64,000 nt of DNA. Source: Cyanobacteria bacterium P01_A01_bin.123 (lineage in GTDB: Bacteria > Cyanobacteriota > Cyanobacteriia > Phormidesmidales > Phormidesmidaceae). Below are positions 9,603 to 19,603 of this stretch, one piece after another. The notes under the pieces were generated by a model, which was given only the letters and a program-made list of their open reading frames with translations, was not told where the DNA came from and ran no database searches. The stretch is from contig JBCBZT010000027.1 in assembly GCA_039815185.1 (NCBI GenBank), positions 1 to 64,000 of the forward strand, read 5' to 3'. Every line of letters begins with the position of its first letter. Position 1 is the stretch's first letter. Both the position numbers and the translations under genes were made by a program.

Positions 9603-10031
9603 CTAACCCTCACCTATAGGCTCATCATCTTCTTTCCCTCTACCACCACAGATCAGGGTTAAGTCCTCTGCGGAGAGTGTGACAAGCTTAGGTTGGTCAG
9701 AAGCAGGTTTTGAAGGAGTACTCATGAGGGTTTCGTTGTGGTTCATACTGACACCATCACCATTTTCTGCTTCATAACTACCCTGGACACCGCCCAAAAT
9801 TTCTCCCAAGTCCTCCACACTCAGTTCAACGATTTCTTTTGATTTAGTTTGAGCAGGCTTTGCTTTGCTAATGATCGTTTCATTGTGGTTAAAGGCTACT
9901 TGACCGCCTGAGATTTCGGCCAAGTCTTCCTGGGTTAATTTAAGCAAATCTGCACTTGTGATCAAGTCACTTTCTGCTGGCTTAGCCTCTTCAAAAAGTA
10001 ACGCTAGTTCTTGCCGTAATTGATTGTTCAT
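9603..10031 (-). CDS. Three-module precursor (2 NHNET cassettes + terminal RGKEDDEPIGEG core)
   Basis: Leader repeats; AAGGAG RBS. Confidence 0.9.
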   Translation of the reverse strand: MNNQLRQELALLFEEAKPAESDLITSADLLKLTQEDLAEISGGQVAFNHNETIISKAKPAQTKSKEIVELSVEDLGEILGGVQGSYEAENGDGVSMNHNETLMSTPSKPASDQPKLVTLSAEDLTLICGGRGKEDDEPIGEG

Positions 10032-10089
10032 GGATCTTCTCCTTAATTGGAATTTGGTAAGTGAAAGCTTTGTCTTTCAACTTGCTATT

Positions 10090-10121
10090 ACCCTAAACTT
10101 AAATCGGGAAGATCTAGGGAA
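10090..10121 (-). promoter_or_regulatory. Shared island promoter motif
   Basis: TTCCCTA-GATC-TTCCCGATT-TAAGTT-TAGGGT. Confidence 0.7.
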
Positions 10122-10575
10122 TAAATATTAGTAAATATCTCATTTTTTTTGAGACTAAATTATTGATTATAAACGCAAAAAATCACATCCAAAAACATTT
10201 GAATGTGGCCATTTGAGATTTTTATTTGTATTAGCTGCCGCTGTATTTATCTAGGTTCTACGGCAGGTTATTTCGACTTTTTTGGCAGAGATAAAAGAGA
10301 GCCGACTGACTCAATTCAGTTCAAATTAGATGGTTCAACATGATGAATTCAGTGTGCAGGAATCCCATCATCTTGACCACTCAAGATCGCACCTTAAAGC
10401 TGCAACTTAAGCGCAATTTAAGCAAAACACCGCTAACGCTCTAGCCATCAGGCATCGGTGGGCGTTCAGTTACCGAACATTACTCCCATCGCAACTTAAG
10501 CTCAGCTCAGCGTAAAATGCTGCCAGCAGCAGGGTTTCTTGCCCCTGACTTATTGATTGCGATGCTCATTGCCCA

Positions 10576-13500
10576 ATGCCTAGATCTGCCAAACAGTCGA
10601 AACGTAAACGCGGAGTGATTCTCTCTGTGACTGGTTGGCAGCGACTCCAAGCAGCACAGCATCAATCTGAGCACGCGCACAACGGCGGCAACCCCTACAC
10701 AATTGAGCACCTTAACGAACTGACTCAACTCAGTCCCAATACCCTAACCAAGGTGCGATCGCGCCAAGCCCCCGTCGATCACCAAACCTTAAAGGCTTAT
10801 TTCAAGAGCTTTGGGCTCACCCTTGCGCCCACCGACTATGAGCAACCTGACGCTCCAACCCATCAGACCGAGCCACCGGCAAGTCAACCCCCCTTATACT
10901 CAGCTTCCAATCCCCAGCAAGATTGGGGCGAAGCCATCGATGTCTCTGTCTTCCATGGGCGCACCCAAGAACTAGCCACCTTGAGCCAGTGGGTAACGCA
11001 AGATCACTGCCGTCTAATTGGCATCCTGGGTATGGGTGGCATCGGTAAAACGGCCCTGTCTGTGAAGTTGGCAGAACAGCTCCAAGCCCAGTTTGACTTG
11101 ATCATTTGGCGATCGCTGCGTAATGCCCCCACCCTAGAGTCCCTGCTGGGTGAGTTAGTGCCTTTTCTCTCCCATCAGCAAGCAACCGAGCCCACGGTTC
11201 GGCAGTTACTCCGATGTTTGCAAAACACTCGCTGTCTGGTGATTTTAGACAATGCAGAAACGATCTTGCAGGCCGGTAAAACCGGCTATTATCGCCCTGG
11301 CTACGAAAACTACGGTGACCTGCTGCGGGTAGTAGGCGAATCAGGGCATCACAGTTGCCTGATCCTCACCAGTCGTGAGAAGCCCAAAGAGATTGCCATG
11401 TTTGAAGGGGTGGAGCTGTCGGTGCGATCGCTCCCTTTGAGGGGCTCTCTAGAAATTGCTTTGGCGCTGATTGAGGCCACGGGCTTAGGAGGGACTACTG
11501 AGCAAAAACAAGCCCTTTGTCATCAATATGGATGCAGTCCGTTAGCGTTAAAGATTGTTGCCAGCTCGATTCAAGACTTATTTGAAGGCGATATTACGCA
11601 GTTTTTAGCCGAAGACGCCATTGTTTTTAACGGGGTGCGCCAATTGCTCGACCAGCAATTTGAGCGTCTCTCAGCGCTAGAACACAGTCTCATGTATTGG
11701 CTAGCGATTAATCGAGACTGGACTTTGATTTCAGAACTCGCTACCGATATCGTGCCCCAGATCCCCCGGTCTAAATTATTGGAGTCATTGGAATCACTCA
11801 GTTGGCGATCGCTGATTGAGAAACAATCCGGTCGCTACACCCAGCAGCCAGTGGTGATGGAATATGTGAGCGATCGCCTGATTGAACAAGTGTTTCGGGA
11901 CTTAACTGAACCCCATTCTCTGCTGCCCAGCAGCCTATTTAACCGCCACGCGCTATTAAAAACCACCGTCAAAGACTATGTCCGAGAAAGTCAGGTGAGG
12001 CTGATTTTGCAGCCGGTCATTCGTCAGTTAAAAACGACGATTGGTTTTTCCCCGGCGCTTGAACAACAACTCCAGACCGTCTTAACAGCCCTAAAAACAG
12101 CTCGCAGTCCTGGCTATGGCGGCGGCAATTTGATTAACCTGCTTCACTACCTCGGGGTTGACCTAACCGGCTACGACTTTTCTGAGCTGACTGTTTGGCA
12201 GGCCTATTTGCAGAGCGTTGAGTTACATCAGGTCAACTTTCAGAATGCCGACTTGACCCGCTGTGTCTTTACCCAAACTTTTGAAAGCCTGATTGCCCTC
12301 GCCTTTAGCCCCGATGGTCAATTATTAGCCACAGGCGATATGGATGGTGAACCTCGCCTGTGGCAGGTTTCTGACGGTCAGCCCATACAAACCTTTGAGC
12401 GGCATAAAGAAGCCATCTGGAGCGTTGCCTGGGCTCCCAATGGTCAAATGCTGGCCACCGGGAGCGAAGATCGAACCATTAAACTCTGGGACATCAAGAG
12501 TGGAGCCTGTTTGCGCACTTTGAAAAGTGCCTTGGCCATTCGGGCGATCGATTGGTCCCCTAATGGCCAGTGGTTAGCGAGCGGCGGGGATGATCAGCAG
12601 GTGCGGTTGTGGCAGGTTGCGACAGGGGAATGCGTTAGTACCCTGTCGGGACATATCGGTTGGGTCTATGCTGTGGCCTTTAGCCCCACCACCATCGAAG
12701 ACAGCAGCCCACTATTGGCTAGTGGGTCTTTTGATCAAACGATTCGTGTGTGGGATGTCACGACCCGTCGGTGTATTAATACCTTACAAGGTCATACCAG
12801 GGGCATTTGGTCAATCACCTGGAGCCCTGACAGTCAGCGCTTAGCCAGCGGCGGCGAAGATGCTCAGATTAAAGTATGGGACATCCCTAGCGGCCAATGC
12901 CTGATGACCCTATCAGGACATAAAAGCACTGTCGTCTCCGTCGCGTGGAGTCCCGATGGAAAAATCCTGGCGAGCGCTTCCTATGATCAAACCATTCGCC
13001 TGTGGGATGCTGCTAGTGGTCAATGTCTGGCTACTTTGCAAAGAGGCGATAACTTTGTCTGGGCCGTGGCCTGGCACCCTCTAAGCAATCTGTTTGCCAC
13101 TGGCTCCCATGATCGAACAATCAGATTTTGGGAACTTCGGAGTCGAGAATGTCGCCGCACGTTAGAGAGCTATACCAATCGGATTTGGGCTGTGGTTTGG
13201 AGCCCCGACGGCAAAAGCCTAGCGAGTTGCAGCAACGATTGCACCATTCGCTTGTGGCATCCCAGTAGTGGCCAGTGCCTAAAAACGCTACGAGGCCACA
13301 CCGGCTGGATCATAGGGTTAGATTGGAGCCCCGATGGCCAGACCCTAGTCAGCTGCTCAGATGACTGCACCATTCGTTTGTGGCAAGCCAGCACAGGGCA
13401 GTGTGTACAAATTTTAGAAGGCCATAGTTCTTGGATCTGGTCTGTAGCCTGGAGCCCAGATGGTCAACGCCTTGCCAGTGGCTCTGCCGATCAAACCGTG

Positions 13501-14172
13501 CGCATCTGGGATGTCGATAGCGGCCAATGCCTTTTGTGTCTTGAAGGACACAAAAACTGGGTGTGGGCTGTTGCTTGGAGTCCCGACGGTCAAGTCTTAG
13601 CCAGTGGTTGCGACGATCAAAAAATTCGCCTCTGGGATAGCCAGCAAGGGACTTGCCTTCAAGTCCTAGAAGGACATCGCAACTTCGTACGAACGGTTGC
13701 ATGGCAACCGGTTTGCCCAACCTCCCCAATAGAGACGGGACGTTTGCTCGCCAGCGGCAGTGATGACCTCGATATTCGCCTTTGGGACACCGATACGGGC
13801 ACCTGCCTGAACACCTTAACAGGGCATTCCGTCCACGTTCGAAAAGTGACCTGGCATCCGGACGGGGTGTTGTTGGCCAGCGGTAGCGCTGATTGCACCG
13901 TCAGGGTATGGGATACCGCCAGCGGTGAATGCCTCAACGTTCTGCAAGGTCACCAGGGAACTGTCTGGGCCGTTGCCTGGAGCCCAGATGGTCAAACGCT
14001 GGCCAGCAGTAGTACCGATGAAACAATCAAGCTGTGGGATACCGCTACAGGACAATGCCTGCAAACCCTTCGTTCCATGCGCCCCTATGAAGGCATGAAC
14101 ATTACCGGCGTCACGGGCCTCACAGCGGCCCAAAAAGCGACGCTGAAAGCCTTAGGGGCTGTCGAGTGCTAG
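10576..14172 (+). CDS. HTH-NB-ARC-pentapeptide-WD40 (STAND) protein
   Basis: N-terminal [24 protein letters not shown]-like region, Walker A GMGGIGKT, Walker B LVILDN, many WD40 repeats. Confidence 0.92.
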   Translation: MPRSAKQSKRKRGVILSVTGWQRLQAAQHQSEHAHNGGNPYTIEHLNELTQLSPNTLTKVRSRQAPVDHQTLKAYFKSFGLTLAPTDYEQPDAPTHQTEPPASQPPLYSASNPQQDWGEAIDVSVFHGRTQELATLSQWVTQDHCRLIGILGMGGIGKTALSVKLAEQLQAQFDLIIWRSLRNAPTLESLLGELVPFLSHQQATEPTVRQLLRCLQNTRCLVILDNAETILQAGKTGYYRPGYENYGDLLRVVGESGHHSCLILTSREKPKEIAMFEGVELSVRSLPLRGSLEIALALIEATGLGGTTEQKQALCHQYGCSPLALKIVASSIQDLFEGDITQFLAEDAIVFNGVRQLLDQQFERLSALEHSLMYWLAINRDWTLISELATDIVPQIPRSKLLESLESLSWRSLIEKQSGRYTQQPVVMEYVSDRLIEQVFRDLTEPHSLLPSSLFNRHALLKTTVKDYVRESQVRLILQPVIRQLKTTIGFSPALEQQLQTVLTALKTARSPGYGGGNLINLLHYLGVDLTGYDFSELTVWQAYLQSVELHQVNFQNADLTRCVFTQTFESLIALAFSPDGQLLATGDMDGEPRLWQVSDGQPIQTFERHKEAIWSVAWAPNGQMLATGSEDRTIKLWDIKSGACLRTLKSALAIRAIDWSPNGQWLASGGDDQQVRLWQVATGECVSTLSGHIGWVYAVAFSPTTIEDSSPLLASGSFDQTIRVWDVTTRRCINTLQGHTRGIWSITWSPDSQRLASGGEDAQIKVWDIPSGQCLMTLSGHKSTVVSVAWSPDGKILASASYDQTIRLWDAASGQCLATLQRGDNFVWAVAWHPLSNLFATGSHDRTIRFWELRSRECRRTLESYTNRIWAVVWSPDGKSLASCSNDCTIRLWHPSSGQCLKTLRGHTGWIIGLDWSPDGQTLVSCSDDCTIRLWQASTGQCVQILEGHSSWIWSVAWSPDGQRLASGSADQTVRIWDVDSGQCLLCLEGHKNWVWAVAWSPDGQVLASGCDDQKIRLWDSQQGTCLQVLEGHRNFVRTVAWQPVCPTSPIETGRLLASGSDDLDIRLWDTDTGTCLNTLTGHSVHVRKVTWHPDGVLLASGSADCTVRVWDTASGECLNVLQGHQGTVWAVAWSPDGQTLASSSTDETIKLWDTATGQCLQTLRSMRPYEGMNITGVTGLTAAQKATLKALGAVEC

Positions 14173-15219
14173 GCCGTGCATGCAAGGTTGATTTTCTAAC
14201 TGTCGCAAATTTGCCACCTGTCGGGCGGCTTCAACAGTAGAGATATCGCCATCTCTGGCACAGTCGAAAATGTCGATTAAGGTGCTATGAATGCCGTGAA
14301 TGTGCCCTTTGGCTCTGGCCGCTTGATAGCCAATCAGTTCGTGATAGACATTAATTAATCCACCCGCATTAATCACAAAATCAGGACAATAAAGCATCCC
14401 TTGCTGCTTGAGCAAATTAGTATCCCGACGTTCGTCCGCTAGCTGGTTGTTTGCACAGCCAGCAATAATGGGGGCTTGAATCTGACGTAGTGTCGCCGGG
14501 TTAATCACACCCCCTAACGCGCAGGGTGAAAAGACATCCACGGCCAACCCATAAATCTGATCTGGCGGGACAACTGTGGCCCGATAGCGCTGCTGGGCCA
14601 AGGCTGTTTTTTGTGCATCTAAATCACTCACAAAGAGCTGAGCACCGTGTAAACATAAATAATCACAGAGGGTTTGCCCGACGTTGCCTAAGCCTTGAAT
14701 GGCAACTTTTAAGTCACTCAGCGATCGCCCTGGCCAACGAAATGCCACGGCGGCTTTAATCCCCAATAAAACCCCTTGGGCTGTGGCGATCGCAGGCCCA
14801 CCCCCTTTGTCTTGCACGCCAACGACATAGTTGGTCACCTGATGCATAGTGCGGACATCCGCTGGGCCGAGGTTAACGTCTTGCCCGGTGATGAAGCGAC
14901 CGCCAAGACTCTCGACAACACGAGCGTAGGCTTGGAGTAGGGCTGCTGTTTTGGCCTCAGGATGGGCGATGATCACGCCTTTTGCACCGCCGACTGGGAT
15001 ATTGGCACAGGCGGCTTTATCGGTCATGCCTCGACTCAGACGCAAGACATCAGTCAGGGCCTCGGCTTCATTTTGGTAGGGCCAGAGTCGTGTGGCGCCC
15101 ATGGCCCGCCCAGGGGTGGTGTCATGCAAAGCGATGAAGGCCTTGAGCCCAGTTGTTTGGTCGTGGCAGTAAAGGACCTGCTCGTGGTCTAAGCTTTGAA
15201 TTGTTTGGACGCGTGTCAT
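14152..15219 (-). CDS. Glu/Leu/Phe/Val-family amino acid dehydrogenase, ScyB (tryptophan dehydrogenase)-like
   Basis: [56 protein letters not shown]; probable ATG 15219. Confidence 0.85.
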   Translation of the reverse strand: MTRVQTIQSLDHEQVLYCHDQTTGLKAFIALHDTTPGRAMGATRLWPYQNEAEALTDVLRLSRGMTDKAACANIPVGGAKGVIIAHPEAKTAALLQAYARVVESLGGRFITGQDVNLGPADVRTMHQVTNYVVGVQDKGGGPAIATAQGVLLGIKAAVAFRWPGRSLSDLKVAIQGLGNVGQTLCDYLCLHGAQLFVSDLDAQKTALAQQRYRATVVPPDQIYGLAVDVFSPCALGGVINPATLRQIQAPIIAGCANNQLADERRDTNLLKQQGMLYCPDFVINAGGLINVYHELIGYQAARAKGHIHGIHSTLIDIFDCARDGDISTVEAARQVANLRQLENQPCMHGLALDSP

Positions 15220-15290
15220 GGGTTTGAGGGGTTTTTGCAGGTAACGGTTGATGTTGGCGTAGCCTCTCCACCGGAGAGGCGCTTGTGGCG

Positions 15291-16703
15291 TTAGGCGCGG
15301 GCGCAAATCAATGACACCAGAGGCACGCCCTCGTAGTCGAAGTTGAGATAGCGATCGGCTTGCTTGTGGATACTGAGAATGGGGGAAATGATCAGGTCAT
15401 CGATGAAGGGCGTCTGCAAGGTATAGCCACTCTGCTTTAAGCGGTTGACCCACGATGCAGCGGTCTCATGGCGTTCAACTCGGGTTGTGTTGTCAACTTT
15501 GAGCACATCAATCACTTCACGGCCAAAAAAGCAGGTTTTTAAGCCAGCTTTGCTCTGCTCATCGATACCCAGCGCATCAATCATGTTGAACACGCTGCTG
15601 TAGTGACGCCAGCAATTGTGAAACCGAGTGCGAAAATCAGGCTCCAGATGATCGGTATTGGGTTCTGACAACACAATCAGGGTTGGGTTGAGCTGATGCA
15701 ATCGCTGCAGCACAGCGGTGCGAACGTCTTGTCTCGCAATATCGCAGATATGGTGGAGGGCAAAGGAGGCATTGATAATGGGGCAATTGCATTGGTGACT
15801 CAGTTGCTGCCAGGCTTGATTGTCGAGATCTTCAATGCCGTTGCAAAACGGGGTGAAGGTAACCTCAAATGGCAACCCATGGGCGGTGGCTAAAATCGCT
15901 TTTTGGGCCAGGGATAAACTTTGGATGGAGGGTTCGATGCCGATGATGTGAACCCGTTGGGGGCTTCTGCGCTTATGGGCTAGATGGTAGAGCAGCTCCA
16001 CCATTTGCCGCCCAGTGCCAATGCCAATATCAATCAGCGTGACGTCGTCGCGTCCGTCGCAGGCATCGATCATGAGACCCGTGGCCAGTTCGCTGACCAG
16101 TGAAACCAGGGGCACTTTGCTAGCCAACAGGTTGAACAGTTGAATTTGAGGGATTTGGTAGGGTTGCAGATAAAGGTTGGCTTTGTCGGCGATAGTGCCG
16201 GAGAGGTGCTCTGCCAGCGCACGGGCAAACACTAAGTGGTTGACTGCCTCGGGATGGGTGGCGGCGTTGAGCCTATCTAATAGTTGGTTTAATAGTTGTT
16301 GTGCCGTTCGCGTTTTGTGTTGAGCAATCAAATCTACCAGGTTGAAGAGCTGGGTCTCAGCGATTCTCTGTAGGAGAGGCTCCGCCAACGCTGCCAACTC
16401 ATCTTCTGTTAGCTCAATAAGTTGAAGCTTTTCAAGCTGAGAAGTCTCTACGGCATTGACTACCGTTTCATTGTGATTTTGACCACATTCCCAAGGCAGA
16501 CAATGATCTCCATCGCCTGGTTCACCACCCGCGATTCTCTGTAGGAGAGGCTCCGCCAACGCAGCTAATTCATCTTCCGTTAGCTCAATAGAAGTTGGTG
16601 ATGGTTCTAGATGATTTGACGGGGTCTGGCTAGCTGGTATCACAGCCATTTTGTTTGAGGGAACTTCTGTATTTGGGGCTAATGTTTTCAGGATCGGTTT
16701 CAT
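15291..16703 (-). CDS. Bacterial GRAS-domain protein fused to an N-terminal precursor cassette
   Basis: IDIGIGTGRQ, VHIIGIE, FALHH, LNPTLIVLSE, FFGREV, RVERHE..W GRAS motifs; N-terminus is leader-GG-EPGDGDHCLPWECGQ-NHNET-leader. Confidence 0.85.
   Translation of the reverse strand: MKPILKTLAPNTEVPSNKMAVIPASQTPSNHLEPSPTSIELTEDELAALAEPLLQRIAGGEPGDGDHCLPWECGQNHNETVVNAVETSQLEKLQLIELTEDELAALAEPLLQRIAETQLFNLVDLIAQHKTRTAQQLLNQLLDRLNAATHPEAVNHLVFARALAEHLSGTIADKANLYLQPYQIPQIQLFNLLASKVPLVSLVSELATGLMIDACDGRDDVTLIDIGIGTGRQMVELLYHLAHKRRSPQRVHIIGIEPSIQSLSLAQKAILATAHGLPFEVTFTPFCNGIEDLDNQAWQQLSHQCNCPIINASFALHHICDIARQDVRTAVLQRLHQLNPTLIVLSEPNTDHLEPDFRTRFHNCWRHYSSVFNMIDALGIDEQSKAGLKTCFFGREVIDVLKVDNTTRVERHETAASWVNRLKQSGYTLQTPFIDDLIISPILSIHKQADRYLNFDYEGVPLVSLICARA
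16365..16388. repeat. 24-nt small dispersed repeat inserted in a HIP1 site (in frame)
   Basis: GCGAT-[TCTCTGTAGGAGAGGCTCCGCCAA]-CGC; further copies at 16536, 19760, 38816 and a variant at 42915. Confidence 0.75.
16536..16559. repeat. 24-nt small dispersed repeat inserted in a HIP1 site (in frame)
   Basis: GCGAT-[insert]-CGC, adds LAEPLLQR to the leader. Confidence 0.75.
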
Positions 16704-16746
16704 GATTTCTATTTCCAGGTTGGGGGGTATCTATTGGTGGTTTGGT

Positions 16747-16839
16747 GGTAACCGTCCCCTGAGCGGAGTCGAAGGGGACATTCTGCTTGGGTTTTGGCTT
16801 CGACTTCGCTCAGCCAGCATAGTCTCTGGGACGGTTACC
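16747..16839. mobile_element. 93-bp MITE/REP-like palindromic insertion
   Basis: 12-bp TIR GGTAACCGTCCC/GGGACGGTTACC, flanking TTTGGT direct repeat, internal inverted CTGAGCG(G/A)AGTCGAAG pair; empty paralogous site near 18980-19000. Confidence 0.7.
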
Positions 16840-16890
16840 TTTGGTGAAGCAACAGGAAACCTGTCGCGTCACTTTCTTGCTCTTTTAACG

Positions 16891-17064
16891 TTATTTAGGT
16901 TCTGGTGTCCCACCGTGGCCATCACCACCATTACGAACGATATTGATTGGACCGCCAGCTATTAGCTCCAGTTCTGCGTTGGTCAACTGGATCAAGGTCT
17001 GAGATTGATCTGTTTTGCCTGAGGCTGCATAAGCAGCGAGTCGTTCTGTTTTTTGTTTAGTCAT
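16891..17064 (-). CDS. Small precursor, PINIVRNG class (57 aa)
   Basis: MTKQKTERLAAYAASGKTDQSQTLIQLTNAELELIAGG-PINIVRNGGDGHGGTPEPK. Confidence 0.8.
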   Translation of the reverse strand: MTKQKTERLAAYAASGKTDQSQTLIQLTNAELELIAGGPINIVRNGGDGHGGTPEPK

Positions 17065-17097
17065 GGAGGTAAAATTTATCTTTTCTAGATGTTTGTT

Positions 17098-17241
17098 TTA
17101 ACCGCCATTCCCAGGTTTTTCCCTTACGATGAAGCCCCCGACTATGCCATCTAGCTGTACTAAACTGAGTGACTGAAGTTTTGATAGGTGTTTTGGGTTC
17201 TGCGATTGTGAGTCTATTGCTTTTGGTTTGTTTTTGTTCAT
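17098..17241 (-). CDS. Small double-Gly precursor (47 aa)
   Basis: MNKNKPKAIDSQSQNPKHLSKLQSLSLVQLDGIVGG-FIVREKPGNGG; GAGG RBS. Confidence 0.75.
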   Translation of the reverse strand: MNKNKPKAIDSQSQNPKHLSKLQSLSLVQLDGIVGGFIVREKPGNGG

Positions 17242-17344
17242 CTTGATAACCTCTAAAAAATCTAAATCTAGCTGAAAATTTGGCTCAATACTTGAGGGAG
17301 ACTAAGAATTATTAGACTTCAAATCAACTCAGAATCTCTTCTCG

Positions 17345-17512
17345 CTATTCAGGTACTGGTGCTCCACCGTGGCCACCAGTACCATTACGAACGATATTGA
17401 TTGGGCCACCAGCTATTAGCTCCAGCTCTGCGTCGGTTAGCTGGATTAAAGATTCTAGGAGAGGAGTAGATTGGACTTGATTGAGTTGTGGTTTGCTTGT
17501 GTTTTTAGGCAT
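17345..17512 (-). CDS. Small precursor, PINIVRNG class (55 aa)
   Basis: MPKNTSKPQLNQVQSTPLLESLIQLTDAELELIAGG-PINIVRNGTGGHGGAPVPE. Confidence 0.8.
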   Translation of the reverse strand: MPKNTSKPQLNQVQSTPLLESLIQLTDAELELIAGGPINIVRNGTGGHGGAPVPE

Positions 17513-17630
17513 GATCTTTCTCCCTGAGGTGTAGAGTCTTTGTGCCTGAAACTGGCTGTTGATTGAAAATTTTTGCGATGTGATGGCCCAAAAGGGCCAC
17601 CGCGGCCATCTACTCTAGCCAAGATTTAGA

Positions 17631-17768
17631 TTAATCAGCATCTACGGGGTCATCATCCTCTTTTGGCCTACCGCCAGCTATTAGCTCTAGGTCAGCTTCT
17701 GAGAGTTTTTGCGGCAGATTATTGGCTGACTTAGCAGATTGGATTGGAGTAAGTTTTGGGTTGTTCAT
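17631..17768 (-). CDS. Small precursor, KEDD class (45 aa)
   Basis: MNNPKLTPIQSAKSANNLPQKLSEADLELIAGG-RPKEDDDPVDAD. Confidence 0.85.
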   Translation of the reverse strand: MNNPKLTPIQSAKSANNLPQKLSEADLELIAGGRPKEDDDPVDAD

Positions 17769-17801
17769 GAGAATTTATCCTGAGTCATAAACAGATCAGT
17801 T

Positions 17802-17939
17802 TTAACCTTCGTCTATAGGCTGATTATCCTCCTTTGGCTTACCACCAGCGATCAAGCTAAGGTCAGCTTCTGAGAGTTTTTCCAGCAGATTATTTGCTGA
17901 TTTATCAGATTGATTTGGAGTGGGTTTTGTGTTTTTCAT
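17802..17939 (-). CDS. Small precursor, KEDD class (45 aa)
   Basis: MKNTKPTPNQSDKSANNLLEKLSEADLSLIAGG-KPKEDNQPIDEG. Confidence 0.85.
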   Translation of the reverse strand: MKNTKPTPNQSDKSANNLLEKLSEADLSLIAGGKPKEDNQPIDEG

Positions 17940-18012
17940 GAGTAATTTTTCCTGAGTCATAAATGGACAGAACGGACGCTTTTATTGTCAAATCTGGATC
18001 ACTTTCAATCCA

Positions 18013-18043
18013 GTCCCCTCCAAGCTTGGGGGGTTAGGGGGGC
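18013..18043. repeat. Dispersed GC-rich palindromic repeat (CCCC..TTGGGGGGxTAGGGGGGC)
   Basis: Related copies near 20414-20506, 39025-39122 and, inverted, inside lanM at about 47928-47954. Confidence 0.6.
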
Positions 18044-18084
18044 ACGCTAGATGGAACGCCCGAATACTTAGATATCGTTGCGAA

Positions 18085-18222
18085 TTACTCGCCATCTATG
18101 GGCTGATCATCTTCTTTGGGCTTACCGCCAGCAATCAAGGAAAGATCAGCTTCTGAGAGTTCTTGAATGGTCTTGCTGATGAGCTTTGTTGTTTCAGTTT
18201 GCTTAGATTTTGGGTTGTTCAT
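18085..18222 (-). CDS. Small precursor, KEDD class (45 aa)
   Basis: MNNPKSKQTETTKLISKTIQELSEADLSLIAGG-KPKEDDQPIDGE; GGAG RBS. Confidence 0.85.
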   Translation of the reverse strand: MNNPKSKQTETTKLISKTIQELSEADLSLIAGGKPKEDDQPIDGE

Positions 18223-18253
18223 GGGTCATTTCTCCAAATGTTGTTGTTGCCGA

Positions 18254-18391
18254 TTATTCTTCACCAATGGGTCTATCATCCTCTTTGGATTTACTACCAC
18301 AGATGAGAGATAAGTCATCTCCTGAGAGTTCTTGTAGCAATTCGGAAGGAAAAGTTTTGGGTTGAATATGTGTGGGTTTTGTATTGTGCAT
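18254..18391 (-). CDS. Small precursor, KEDD class (45 aa)
   Basis: MHNTKPTHIQPKTFPSELLQELSGDDLSLICGS-KSKEDDRPIGEE; AGGAG RBS. Confidence 0.85.
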   Translation of the reverse strand: MHNTKPTHIQPKTFPSELLQELSGDDLSLICGSKSKEDDRPIGEE

Positions 18392-18520
18392 GAGTTGTTT
18401 CTCCTGAGTAATAAATGAATCTGTTTCAGCTTTAATTCTTCTAGATTAGGCAGGGGCGGTTGCACTTTAAAGATAGAGTGCGATCACCTTGTTCTGCCCT
18501 AGTTTGAATGCCGTTGCAGA

Positions 18521-18658
18521 TTAATCACTGTCTATGGGGTCATCATCCTCTTTGGGCTTGCCACCAGCAATAAGAGCTAGGTCCTCTGCTGAGAGTTCTT
18601 GAAGCAACTCTGCCGGGAGAGTTGGGGGTTGGGTTTGCATAGGTTTTGGATTGTTCAT
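18521..18658 (-). CDS. Small precursor, KEDD class (45 aa)
   Basis: MNNPKPMQTQPPTLPAELLQELSAEDLALIAGG-KPKEDDDPIDSD; GGAG RBS. Confidence 0.85.
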   Translation of the reverse strand: MNNPKPMQTQPPTLPAELLQELSAEDLALIAGGKPKEDDDPIDSD

Positions 18659-18689
18659 AGTTCATTTCTCCAAATGTTGTTGTTGCCAA

Positions 18690-18827
18690 TTATTCTTCAC
18701 CAATGGGTTCATCATCCTCTTTGGTTTTCCCGCCACAGATGAGGGCTAAGTCATCTTCTGGGAGTTTTTGGATAGCTCTGATTTTAGACATTGCAGATTG
18801 ATCTTTGATGTGTTTTTCGTTCTTCAT
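18690..18827 (-). CDS. Small precursor, KEDD class (45 aa)
   Basis: MKNEKHIKDQSAMSKIRAIQKLPEDDLALICGG-KTKEDDEPIGEE. Confidence 0.85.
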   Translation of the reverse strand: MKNEKHIKDQSAMSKIRAIQKLPEDDLALICGGKTKEDDEPIGEE

Positions 18828-19148
18828 GGATTACTTCTCATAAGTTGTGAGGGGGTTGCTTGAATCTTGATTTTTCTGGGTTTCTCAGGCGCGATCGCGC
18901 CTGGAGAGAATTTCTGCATTTGAGACTGATATTTTCACGATCAGTTTTATAATTTCTATTCTCAGGTTGGAGTTTATCTATTGGTGGTTTAGTGAAGCAA
19001 CGCGAAACGTGTCACGTCACTTTCTTGCTCTTTTAGCGTTATTTAGGTGACACACCGGGGGTAGTACTAAAGGGTTAATGGTGCATTGTAATGACGACAC
19101 TGCGCATGGCTGAGGAAGCGCTTCACGATTACTTTAGGAGACTTATCA

Positions 19149-19316
19149 TTACTTCTCGGGATCTACCGAACCGTGGCCACCAGCACCATTACGAACGATA
19201 TTGATTGGGCCGCCGGCTATTAGCTCTAGTTCTGCGTTGGTCAACTGAATTAAAGATTCTAGGAGAGGAGTAGATTGGACTTGATTGAGTTGTGGTTTTC
19301 TTGTGTTTTTAGGCAT
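19149..19316 (-). CDS. Small precursor, PINIVRNG class (55 aa)
   Basis: MPKNTRKPQLNQVQSTPLLESLIQLTNAELELIAGG-PINIVRNGAGGHGSVDPEK. Confidence 0.8.
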   Translation of the reverse strand: MPKNTRKPQLNQVQSTPLLESLIQLTNAELELIAGGPINIVRNGAGGHGSVDPEK

Positions 19317-19434
19317 GATCTTTCTCTCTGAGGTGTAGAGTCTTTGTGCCTGAAACTGGCTGTTGATTGAAAATTTTTGCGATGCGATGGCCCTTTTGGA
19401 CCATCGCGACTATCTACTCTAGCCAAGATTTAGA

Positions 19435-19572
19435 TTAATCAGCATCTACGGGGTCATCATCCTCTTTGGGCTTACCGCCAGCTATTAGCTCCAGGTCAGC
19501 TTCTGAGAGTTCTTGAATGGTCTTGCTAGTGAGCATCTTAGTTTCAGTTTGCCTAGATTTTAGGTTTTTCAT
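19435..19572 (-). CDS. Small precursor, KEDD class (45 aa)
   Basis: MKNLKSRQTETKMLTSKTIQELSEADLELIAGG-KPKEDDDPVDAD. Confidence 0.85.
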   Translation of the reverse strand: MKNLKSRQTETKMLTSKTIQELSEADLELIAGGKPKEDDDPVDAD

Positions 19573-19603
19573 GGGTTATTCTTCCAAATGTTGTTGTTGC
19601 AAA

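Noticed and set aside
7365..10031. Repeat-spacer pattern resembling a CRISPR array
   Set aside because: Repeats are in-frame coding modules with synonymous variation and ~130-150 bp period; no cas genes
14152..15219. Scytonemin gene cluster
   Set aside because: No scyA, scyC or associated trp/tyr genes in the window
15291..16350. Plant contamination suggested by the GRAS domain
   Set aside because: No introns, fused to a local precursor cassette and embedded in cyanobacterial context; bacterial GRAS proteins are known
16651..16965. Plus-strand 104-aa ORF
   Set aside because: Antisense to precursor genes and runs through a palindromic insertion; no recognisable motif
18226..18465. 79-aa ORF in the track
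   Set aside because: Overlaps in another frame the 45-aa precursor 18254..18391, which has an RBS and six paralogs
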